From: Caecitellus pseudoparvulus
Lineage: Eukaryota; Protista; Bigyra: Bicosoecida
DNA: 64,000 nucleotides
Assembly: GCA_965644315.1 (NCBI GenBank)
Contig: CBFFRQ010000018.1
Coordinates: 1,240,001-1,304,000, forward strand
Reading direction: 5' to 3'
Each line of letters begins with the position of its first letter. The first letter of the stretch is position 1. This document shows, piece after piece, positions 19,131 to 31,100 of the stretch. The position numbers and the translations under genes are program-made. The notes below the pieces were generated by a model. The model ran no database searches, was not told where the DNA came from, and saw only the letters and a list, made by a program, of their open reading frames with translations.

Positions 19131-22100
19131 ATGCTCAGGAGCAGAGTGCTGGCAGCGCTTGCTGCGTTTCTTACCGTAAGTTTCGAGGGGCAGTGCGTGG
19201 TCGGCCCGAGACGCCTCGGCACAGGTTTGATTTGTTCCATGCAGTTGTTTCTCGTGGCTAGGGCAGCAGTCATTGAGGCTTCCCTGCAGTCGGCTGTCAA
19301 GCCTTCACCGCTGGGACTGTCGGTGCCAGGTGCGTGGACATCACATGAAACACCAAGAAAGCGAAACGCCCCATCCAGAGCGTGAAGCCGATCCCCGCAG
19401 ATGCTCTCTGGAGCGCTCAGCCACAAGGTGTTGCCTCGATCTCTGCAGCTGGGCAGTGGGTTCCTGTGGATGGTATGGCTGTGGACGTCTTCACGGACTT
19501 TGGCGGGCAAATGGAGTGCACCTACTCCCTTCAATCACTCCTGGAAGCTGACCCAGCCAGCAGCGGCGGTGCAGCGTCTTCGTGGGCTCAGAACACATCT
19601 TTTGTGGCCGCACGGCTTGTGCTGAATGGCGCGCCCATCCGCCAAAGCGGGTCCCTCCTGCAAGCGGGACGGGGGGAAGTCGCTCCAACGGGGGTTCTTA
19701 CAGGCGCCTTTGCCGGAAGTGTACCAGCTGGAACGATTAAAGCCATCCTGCAATGGAAGCAGTGGGGGCGCAGTGGAGCAAGGTGGGTCACTTCCCTGCC
19801 GCCAAGCGCCAGCTCAGGTCAGCGAGGGGGGCGGAGCTTGCTCTGTCGCTTGGTGGATCAGGCGCACCAGGTCGCTCTTGCTGCGCCAACATCGCTGCGG
19901 CAGCAAACCACATGGCTGGCTGTCCCACTTGCACCCCTTGCTTGGATCCAGGGGACGACCCAACGTGTCCACCTGGCTTTCAAGCTGCACGTGCGTCCGC
20001 AGCCTGCTGCCGTCTCACTTCAGGCTGGTGCTGCTTCTCTGGCCGTGCGATTTGTCCTTGACGGCCAATCCATGGAGCATCCCGTGGTGATTAAGCGATT
20101 TTTGGGCGGGGATGCCGTGTGGGGCGCCATGGCTGGCCAGTGGTCCATCGAGTTGCCACCCGGCCACCACAACGCAAGTTTGCAGTGTCTGCTTCGAGGG
20201 ACGGGGGTGCGGGCATGGTGGCTTGACCCAACATTCATGGATGGCTATGCTACTCCCTCCACCCTGTCTGTTTCCTTCAGTCACCTTGGGGAGGGGCTCT
20301 CTGGCCTGCTTCCAAGGCCGGGCCAGCCTGAGACCCCAGCTGCGAACGGGACCACTGTGGCAACTCGGTCCATTTCCCTTCCGCGCCAGTCCTACGTGAA
20401 GGTGACGTACAACGTTGATTTGTTGCGGCTTGTGGATGCGGCGGTGGACGCATCAGCCTGGCCCCCGGGCAGCGGTGTGGAGAGTTGGGTGACCGTGGAC
20501 GGCGGCGTGCTTCCGAGCAGCATCAGTTTTGCGAGCGGCACCCTTAAAGGGGACAGGCACCTCCGCGGGCAAGCATACACTAAACTACTCCCAGGCACTC
20601 ACACGGCTGCGCTGTACATTGCGGTGACAGGCGGTGGCCCCAGCCACTGGGCTCCTTCCAACGTGCTTAGCAGCGCAGTAAGGCAGCCGAGCCTGCTGGT
20701 GTCATCCATTGATGTGGACAACGCAGCCCCAAGAGTGCATTTGGATGGTGGCGAAACCATATCAGTCGATGAAGACTCGGGTGGCACCCCTCTCAACATC
20801 CTCGTCTCTGACCCGGATACAGAATTCGAGCCACACATGCACGTCGCCACAACTGTGCAAAGTGAGAACTGCACGCTGTCCTGTCAGTCTCCTGCTAACT
20901 CAGAGGCCTACATGTCAGCGTTGCCGCATCGCGTGGAGCTCAGCGGGCCTATGAGCAGCGTGAATGAGGTTTTGGTGTCGTGCTCCTGCAGTCCGGCGTC
21001 CAACTTTCACGGAACAGCGACGGTGGAGGTCGGGGTCAGCGACTTAGGCAACGTTGGTGCGGGGGGCACACGGAACACTTCGAAGGCCCTCACCATTCAA
21101 GTTTTCTCTGTCAACGACCCTGTCTCTATTTCAGCCCCAGAAGCTGCCAGCGGCCTTGAAGGGCAGGCGGTAAGACCCCCCCCTGCCCAGGTTGTGGACG
21201 CAGACGTTGCTTGGCCCGGCAACCCCACGCAACACTTGGACAGCATGTCAGGCCAAGCGTTTTCATTGCAAGTGACAGGCCAAGGAGGAAACCTCTCGTT
21301 TACTTCCTCACAGCTATCTGCGGAGCTTTTGCTCCGCTGCTGTGCAAAGGGCTCAGCATGCGAAGGCGCGGAGGTGGTGCTCCTGTGCCCTCTGTCTGCG
21401 CAGAATGCTCTCTTGACCCAGCTCATTTTTACTCCAGCGCCTTTATCGAACTTTCGGAACCAAGTTCACGGGGTGCACTACCTGGTTCATGACTGCGACA
21501 GCACTGACACTGATGACGGTCAGGAAAGCTTGCATACGGAAGCGAGCTGCAGTCCCCTGACTTCGGCTTCTGCTTTTACTCGCCTGGAAATCTCTCCCGT
21601 AAATAACGCCCCAACGTTGCAACCCTTTAGGTTGAACGCCTCAGTGTTGAGTTTCGTAGAGCCAGAGCTGTCGTCGGGGCAGAGTGCTGCAGTGCTCCCA
21701 ATGCCGCAGGAGGGCCTTGGGCTGCAAGGTACTGCCTCAGCAGCATCGGTGGTAGTGCCACTCCCTTCAGAAGAGGCAGGAGGAAGGCATGAGCTCCTGG
21801 AAGCAATGCTTTCTGTGCAAGCTGACATTGTCCCAGTGCTCTCAGTCCAGCCTCCAGCTGTGCCTTGTGGCATCCCAACCTCTGTATCTGTTGAGTTGCC
21901 GGTGCCGAGCAGCATCCACCCAGCACAGTGTAGGTGGAATGGCCTCATAATTCCTTCATCTGCACATGAAAGGGCTGGGATTGTCAAGTGTGAAGTGCAC
22001 GCGGCGTGCCACACCAGCGAGGCTCAAGGCTCCTTGTACTTGGTGTCTGAAAACGGTGGTGTTGTATCTGCCCCCAGTCGCTTGGCAGTGCTGCAGTCGC

Positions 22101-25100
22101 TGGGCTCAGTGTTTAGCCCAAAGAACAAGGTAGTCACAACCTGCCGGTCGTCCGTCAGGCTCTGCCTGGAAGCTGCCTTCATCGCACCGGCTGCTCAGTG
22201 CCGGTGGTGGCGCGGCACTGAGCAAGCAGCGGCAGGCTTCGAAGTCACCCCCGCGCAGCCTCTGCGCGAACCTGGCTGTGCTGGAGTAGTTTGCCCCCCT
22301 CCCAGAGGAGATGGCACCCAAGAGTGTCCCTATGTTGACGAGTGGACAGTTTCGTTGCTGCCTCTTGGGGTCGACCTAGAGCTTGACCCAGTATCTGTGC
22401 TGCGCCTGGCTCCGTCTCTTCTGTCGCAGCCTCTGGATCCTGTCGCAGTGTGTGCTGACGCCCCAAACACCATTTTCCTGCAACTCCTTGCATCCATTTC
22501 CGGCGGCGTCTTGCAAGGCAGCTGCTTGGTGAATGGACTGAGAACAGTAGTGAGCCTGAATGCCGGCGGCGATTCCCTTGCCTGCCAAGTGCCGCCCATG
22601 CCAATTGGCCAGCACACCGTCTCGGTCTCTGTCAGCTTCGACGAGTGGAAGGCGTCTCCTGTGAATGTCACACTCGTCTCCAGTGCTTGCTTTGAAGAAT
22701 CTCTGCACCAGGACCATGTGTTCCTGTCTGATGCGGCCACCGAGGTTGCCCTGCCGTACCCCAGTGAATGGCAGCAAGCCGCAGGTCATGTGTGGACTTG
22801 CAAGTGGTACTATCAAGCTGCTCAAGTCGGCGAGAGCGTGGGAGTCGGGGACTTTAATAGTGTTATTTGTGCAGCACCTCAAGCCTTACCGCTTGGTGGG
22901 CTGGTTGTCCGGCTGGCCTCAAACGCAGCAGGGCTCCACTACATTGCGCAGGTGCAGCGCTTTTCCCACCCAAAGGTTGCTTCTGCCCAGTGGAAGGCTT
23001 CAAACACCAGCGAAGGGCTGTTGCTCCATGGATGGAGCTTTTGGGATGGCCCTGCACCGTCTTGTCGTGCTGCTGGCCAGGCTGTTGTTCCCATGGAGTG
23101 GTTGTCTCCCTCCAGTGCATTTTGCTTCTTGCCCCGGCAGGTGCCAGGAGCTGGCGGGCCCGAAGTCTCTGGCGATGGGCACACATGGACCCCTCTCTCA
23201 AGTGTATTTGGTATTTCGAAGCACAACATCACTGCAGAGATTGGGGAAGTTGAACAGAGGGGCTCAAACCTGGATGTGACCTTCCTCGTCGCGGCTAGCA
23301 GCTGGGCTGGAGTTTCCTTTTGGTGCGAGGTTGGCGACACTGTTACGCAGGCAACACAAGCTGGGCACACAAAGGTAATGTGTGCACTTCATCAAAGAGA
23401 GACGGAGCAGGTAGCGAAGGTGTACGCCTTGCTGCCTGGCGGCGCCACGCAGGCGCTTGCTGAGTTCGTGGTGCCTGCGCTGGACGCCGCTGGGCGTTTC
23501 GGCCAGGTGGCGCAGCAGCGCACACAGTGGGACTCGCAACCATGCAGGATGGAGGACTCAACCCTTGGGAGGGTGTCCGCTTTCGCAAGACACATGTGCT
23601 CTTCGAACTTGACTCATAGGGTGACCACTGCAAGTGAAGGGCGACTGCCACGCCCTGCCGAGTGGCCCAACGCCACCGACAGTCCAGAGGAAGAAAGTGG
23701 AGAGAGCAACATTGAAGCAAGCCTTCGCCCCCTTGACATGCCATCCACAGTGCTTCGTGGGGCCGTTCTCCGCATACAGGTGGTCGCTGAGCATGGGGTG
23801 CACGGCGTGTCATGTGAGCTGGGCAACGCAGCTGCGGCAGTGCGAGCCACAAGCTCAGGCTCCTTCTGCACCTTTGCTCCAGCACAAGTGAGAGCATTGC
23901 ACGGGGAGGAGGCACTGTACATCACAGATGGTACTGTGAGGAGTTTGGCCGGAGCCTTGCGAGTCTTGCCAGAGCCACGGTTTGAGGGCATCCAACTTCT
24001 GCAGAGTGGCATGGCGTTGCTCGTCGGCCAGGACATCCCAGAGGGAATCCCCTTGTCATGTTCTCTTACATTCGGGCCGCAGCATGCTCTCATTCCGCTG
24101 AACTCTACAGCCGCGATGTGTCCGATTCGCGTGGCAGCAGGGCAGGTTGTCAACGCGAGGGTGTGCACTGCTGGTTCGACGTGGTGTACCTTCGTGGCCT
24201 TGCAAGTGTCCTCAGCCCTCCCTGCATTTGCTTCAGTGCACCCAAGCTTACCCCCAGCCAGCCAGCCGCACCCATGGTTTGTTCCGGACACATGGCACCC
24301 CTACGCCTCTCTAAAGGTGTCCTCCAATGATGAATCCGTGTCTCTGCTCGGGCAGGAACCACTGGCGAGCACTGGTGTCTCGTTCACAGGCTCTGGTAGC
24401 TCTGAGAGACTTGACCCCACCTTTGTGCGAGTCGTTGCCCAGCCGGCGATCGAAGGTGGGGTCTTGCTTGCGGGCATTTGGGCCGCTGAGACTTCACGGG
24501 TGACTTCCTGTGGCATGGGAGGCGTGGTCGGCCAGCTGGTGCATGAACACCCTGGACAGTACGCGTGCACCATACAGCCCGTGCCCCAGTCTACGAATGG
24601 GACCGAGGGTGCTTTCATTGAGCTGGATTTGATTTCGCTGAACGGCAGCCGATTGAAGACTGTCCTTGCGGAGGTTCACGTCCTTCCAGCATTTGAACCC
24701 CAGCTGCTTGCCAGCGAGTCAAGGGATGTTGTGGTGCGGTGCCCCAACTGCGAGATCTTTGCGACTGTTCACTGCCTTGTAAATGATGTGCTCATGGTGG
24801 AGCCCACGGCTGTCGGCCCAGATGCAATTGTATGTGGACCCATGCCCGAGGAAGGTCGACACAGGGTGCAGCTTGTCCTAGGAAGTTGGACACACCCTAT
24901 ATCCATGCTTGTGGAAGCAAATGCCCGCCCTGCACAGGCTCCCTTGAAGAACATGTCACCTCCCCCCCTTGTCGCTTGGGCCCGCGTTCACGGAGCAGCT
25001 GCAGAAGTGCCGTTGCACCTTGACATTTCTGGGTTTTTCCCACTCAAAACGGAACTCATTTGTAGGATCGCAAACGGGTCCATCCCCGCTCGGCTCACTT

Positions 25101-28100
25101 CGCAACACTCTGCCTTCTGCATGTTACCTGGGCTTCCCCCTGGAACGCATTCCTTGGAGGTGGCGGAGCTCGGCGCAGCAGATGCACTCCTGCTGATGAA
25201 CGTCACCGTCTCTGAAGCGCTTCAATGCTCTCCACAAGTGTCCAGCCTCCTCGCTGCCACAGAGGACAGCATCCCGTTGAAAGGCGGGACCTGCCACAGT
25301 CTCTCTCATTGCCTGATCAACGGTAGGCGGGTTTCCGTTCGCCCGACACGCCTGGGTCTTGGCTGCGACCTGCCTCAGGCGATGCTCGCACCTGGCCACC
25401 TAAGCCTCGTTCTTGTGCCTTTGTCTAAGTGGGACAGCATCAGCACCTTCGACATTATGGTGTTGGTGAGACCATCACTGAGCTCTTGGTTCGCCCAGAG
25501 CTCAGGCGCAAACGAGAGTTCAGCAATTTTCAAAATTGAGGGTAGTCAGTTTCAGATGCAGCTCTGGTGCGTCGGGAACATGCGCGACCGCTCTGCTGTG
25601 CAGTCCCTCAATCAAACTCACAGCACTTGCAGTTTGCCACCTGCGAGTCAATATGGGGAACTCTGTATAGAGAGTTGGCAAGGATCCCGTTTGCATTGCT
25701 TTTCCTCGCGAATTTCGTTGAATGTGCCAGGTGCTGCTGTGACCACAACGCACGCTTGGAGTGGAGTTGCCTCATCCATTTCAGTTCGACTCCTGGAGCC
25801 TGTCAGCGGTCCTGTAGAGGTGTTCGTCGGCGATTCAACGCGGAGCCATTGCTTGAATGAGTCTCCTGCGTTCGTCACCTGCCGCGTGATGTGGGGCGGA
25901 ACTGGAGGCACTCCAGTGCACGTAGTGCACCAAGAATCTGGCATTTTGCTCGGAAGAAGCACCGTGGAGTTTGTCCAAGCGCCGGTTGCAAGAGCGACTC
26001 CCCTGCTTGCACATTCTCCAGGCATGTTCAAAGTCTGTTGCGGGCACGTAGATACCCACCTGCCTTTGTCCGTCCATGTCGGCCTGTTCCCCGTGCTGAT
26101 CATAGGGATGCGGGACTCGTGTCTTGTGCTGCAAAGCGCAGACGACCTGGGCATTGGGGTGGTGAATGTGACCCTCTCACTCCCGACGCAGCCGACAGTG
26201 CAGGTCATTGGGAGCCTTGACTTCGTTGCCCGGCCACGGGTTTCTCTAGTGCGCCGTCATATAGTCGCTGGGCTTGGCAGCGCAGTTCCCCTCAAGAGCA
26301 CGTCGCCGCTCTCTGAGGAGCTACTATGCGAGGTATCGCTGGAGTCCTTCCCATTCTCTGCGCACGTGAGCCCTTTGAGACTGTGCTCAATTCCTGCAAG
26401 TGCGACGCCACCTGCTGTCTTCAGTGTGCGAGTCATCGATTCACTGGGGCAGCAGCACGTGATCGGAGGGGAACTGGCGGTCCGGGTGCAGCTGGTTGCC
26501 CCACCTGCAGTGTTCGTTCGAGGCGGCACATTGATGCTCGAGGGGAGTACTTCCATAGAGCTGGCAGGAACACGGCTACACCTGCTGACAAGCTGCACTC
26601 TGACTGGGCAAGGCAGCGACATGGAGTCGACCGTCGCTGTCGCAGGCTCCAGCACAACAAGCGCAAGGTGCAGTTTCAGTGAAATTCCGCCAGGTGTGTT
26701 CAGTCTTAGTGTGGCTGCTGGCGAGTGGACGCAGGCTATTGGAGAAGTCTCTATCCTCCCAATGATGAGGGTGGAGCGCGTTGTGTCTGACGTCGTCCCT
26801 GCAGGCAGACCTTTGCGGGTGGAGCTGCAAGGCTCCGGCTTTCGACCCGAGTCACCGCTGCATTGCAAGTTGAGCGGCCATCTGTCAGCAGCAGTGTATA
26901 AGAACTCGACAGTCATGGAGTGCATTCTCCCAGCGGTCTCCCTGACCGGAGGCCCTGCTTTTTCCGTGTGGACTGACGGGCTCCTCGATGCTCTGTGGGA
27001 AGGGGAGCTGGCGGTGGTGCAGCCATTCTTGCAAAGCTGCACAATTTTTCAGGCGGGCAGGCATTCTCATGCACTCCGCAAGTTTGTGCTTGGCACCAAT
27101 GGCTCCCTTGGGTTGGATCCTGCTTTGCTTGCTTGCCCGGCGGGTGCACCAGAGCACGCCGAAGGCACACTTGAAGAGACGAGCGTGTGGTGTGAGGCAG
27201 TGCGACCGCGACACGATGCCTGCGTGATGGTTTCCACTTTGAGACTCTGCTGCCAGTCCGAGGTTCATGTGCTTGACCCTGTCCTGACACATACCGAGCC
27301 GCCCTTCCTGGAGGCTGGGCAGCTCACTTCTGTGACTCTGCATGGCGGGCCGTTTTTCCCCGAGGCCTCATACAGCTGCTTTCAAAAGAATGGGGTGGCA
27401 GGAAAGGGTGAATTTCTTTCTTCAAGCATGTTGTCATGCAACTTTGCTTCGAATGACTCACACAGTGACTTTGTGGGGATTAGGTGGGCTTTGAACAAAA
27501 CTCAGGTCCTCTCCATTGGTGTCCTGCACCCACTGCAACTGAGGCGTGCAGAGCCCCTCCCACTCCTTGCTGGCCTGGCAGCCGAGTTGCCAATCCCAGT
27601 TTCAGGCCTAAGTTCCATACCTAATCAGGTGCTTTGTCAGGTCAATGGGCCGGCTAGCCGTGCCCGTGTGGCGCTGCGCCCTGATGCTCTTGTGCTCTGC
27701 CACCTTCCACCGCTTTCGGCCGGGAACCACACCGTTAACGTCGTGCAAAGCAGCGCTAAAGCGACACTTGCAGTGCCGATTCTTGCGGAAGAAGGACCCT
27801 GGGCCCAAGTGCTCATGAATGAAGGGTCTTGGCGTGTGTCAGTTTCTGCCGAGTCGCGCGTTCAGCTGACAGCATGTACATGGGTTGGATCACAGCGAAC
27901 GTACTCATCACACCTCTGGGACACGGGGTGCGTTTCCCCTCCATCCGCGCGTCAGTCGCCTCCCCAGAGCGTTCTCGTGACAACATCGTCGGGTCAAGTG
28001 GTGCCCCTTGCACTTCCATCGAAGGGGCCTAGCCTGGAGCGTCCCATGTCCCGGCTGGAAGCCACATGGTCACGCCCGCTGGTTTTGGTTGTATCGCACG

Positions 28101-31100
28101 CTGGCTTGGTCTCCATGCCGCTGAACTTGGAGTACGGGAGCATTGACACCCCATGCTCTCTATACGTGAAAAGCTCGAATGCGACGAAGCAATTTCCAGG
28201 CAAAGTTGCTGTGGAGGGATCGGCTCAGGTGGTGTGCGAGGTCACCGTCGGGCATCTGGCACCACCCGCTGGGGTGGCCACGCTGGCCTGGGGAGCTTTC
28301 CGCCGAGATGTCACGCTGCTGGGTGCACCACGGATCTCGACATGTCATGTCAGGTGGATTGATGGCACCCTGATCGTGCACGGGGCCGGGTTTTTGCCCG
28401 AGCACCAACTAGTGTGTGAATCTGCAGGCCAGCGAGTGGGTGCCATTGTCCACTCAGCACACCATGTGTCTTGTCGGATGGATTGGAGCCCCCATACTCC
28501 CAAACCACTGCAGCTTTTGGCTGGGAATGCGGCTTTGATGGTCCCTGACTGCGTTCCTACGCCTGACGCTGACGGCGTTCCTGCTGTTGGCGTGTTAAAG
28601 GCCGCGACCTCAGCGCCGCCGCCCGCGGTCCTTGCCAGCATTTCGCCAGAGTCAATCAGCGCTGGCCAAGCCCAAGACATCTTATGCACGGGACTGGGAC
28701 TTCAAAAGATCGATAGCTGCCTCGTAAATGGAAAGGATGTGCCGACAATGGTCTTGAACGCATCGACGGTGCTGTGCTCGTTGGCTGTTCCAGCTCCCCA
28801 AAATGCTTCGCTTCAGCTTCGCACTCTTGAGGGCTTCAAGACCCCTGCGGTGCAAGTCCATGTGACACCTAGGCCGCAACTTGTGCATGGGAAGCATGCT
28901 AGCCAGTCAGTTGTGGCGTTGCTGGGCACGAATCTGCGGAGAGAATGCGCAGAGGCGTGTGTCGTGGGTGGCCAGCCAGCGCCAGCGCGCTGGATAAACT
29001 CTTCCGCGGTGGAGTGCAGAGTTCCTCAATCGCTTTTTTGTGTCCCTAAAAATGTGTCACTGACCCCGTGCTTGCATGCAGGCCATGTGGAAATCCGCGA
29101 TGTACCCGTTGCTTGCCATCCCCCCCGATCGCTTCTTGCGCAAGTTGGCAAAGCTGTGGATGTTGAGATCCCCGAGTCTGGTCTGCATGTGCGCTGCTGG
29201 CTGCTTGACGCCCGCACACAAATCGAGATTTTGCACAACGGCACGCACTGCACTTTCGTACCTTCGGTGCCAGGGCAGTTTGAAGTGGCGGCAGAGACAC
29301 ATGCTGGGAGGCTGCTGAGAGTGACCGTGTTCGTTCTTGACCACGGCTCCTTACAGACGTTCAAGCAACGGCGACTGACACCTCATCACCACACGCAAAA
29401 TTTGACCTCAGACATTTCCCATGTCCCTGCATTTGCGAAGATGTCTTGCTTCGTTGGGGGTCTCCGCGTGTACACAGACAGGCAAGGCGGCACAGCCAGC
29501 TGCACTATACCCCCCTCCCTGCCCCCTGGGAAACAGATAGTCAAGTTATTTGCTGACCAGTTCCTTGTAGCGCAGAGCACTGTACACTTCCTCCCTGCTC
29601 TCACTTTGCAAAGCAACGAGGTGCGAGGGCGCCCAGGCCTTCCAGCCGTCCTTGGCGTGTCAAATGCGGCGGCGCTTGCAGGAGGTCAGTGCGTGTGGTC
29701 CTCGGGGCACGTGTCGGACTTTGTTCCAGTCAATGCCACCCACGCGTGGTGCATGGTTCCAAGGACAGAATCGAATGGGTCGGTTGTGTCGCTGGCGTGG
29801 CAGGGGGTCCCGTTGGAGGTCGGCGCTGCCCGCTTGCGACTTGACGCTCCCCCCCCTACGGCGAAATTGGTCCCATCAGCTGGACCACTTCACAAGGAAA
29901 TGACCATTCAAGTTGATTTGGATCTTCCAGATGTAGTTTCTCCGACGACGGTCCTTCGCTGCGTGGTCGGCAGTGCGAGGGTGCCAGCCGTGAGGGGCCC
30001 AGCAGGCAGCGTCCTTTGCCAAGTACCAGCAAGTGCAGTATCCCGCACAATCCCAGTCGCAGTGGAAGCACCACAAGTGTCCCCTATGTGGAGATCGGAG
30101 AAGCTCACGTTTTTGTACACTCAGCAAGTGCGGATTCTGAGCCTTGCTCCGGCTGCAGTGCCAAGAGGACGTGCGATCGGGCTGCTTGTGAGCCTAGACG
30201 GGGAGGCATCCAATAATGTGGCTGCCTGCAAGATTGGAAGACTGGAAACCCGCAAAGTGATTCCTGTCAGTTCCAATGTTATTCAGTGTTTTGTGACCCT
30301 GCTGCAGCGACCAGGGACAGTGAATGTGTCAGTGTTGCTCCTGGACGGGACAGAAAGCACACCTGCACTGCTCTCTGTTCATCCTGACCTGCACATTGAT
30401 TCTCTGCACCCTCGCCTGGTTCAAAGTCCTGCTTCCAATGCGTCGGTGCAACTTCGAGGTTCCGGGTTCTCAAGCTGGTTGCACCCTCGTTGTGCTGTGG
30501 ATGGGGTGAACACAGCGGGCATGGTGTCCTCAGACACGTTCCTCACGTGTATGCTCCCCCCCCTGCGCGCAGGGAACTACAATCTCTCGGTCACCTTTTT
30601 CGGTGTCGTCGAGGTCCATGCAGGGTCATTCCGTGTCGCTCCGATGGTGAACGTTGGGCATGTAGACTCGAAGGTTCTTGCACGTGGCGAATCACTGTCC
30701 GTCACGCTTGAGGGCGCCGGAGCATGTGACCCGCCAGTTCAAGGCCGATGGGCACCTATGTCATCAAATCATCAGAAAGAGACTGTGCTTTGCGAAGCAG
30801 GCGAGTCATGTGCAGTCGTGCGGTGCCCGTCACCCTCCAAGTCACATGGTTTGCACAGCCTGCAAGTTTCCCTGGACGGAGGAATTTCGTGGAGTCAGTC
30901 CAGTCCCGACGTGCGAGTTGTCAGCAAGATGGAAATTGTGAAGGTCAACCCCTCAGTATTTCCGGTTGGATTTGACGGATATCTGAGCTTCCACGTTCAG
31001 AAGCGACTCGTACCGGGCACTGTGCAGCTTGCGGCAGCAATCGAGGCTCACAATGTGACCTATACGAATTGCTCATGGACTCAAGCAAGCACACTGAGCT

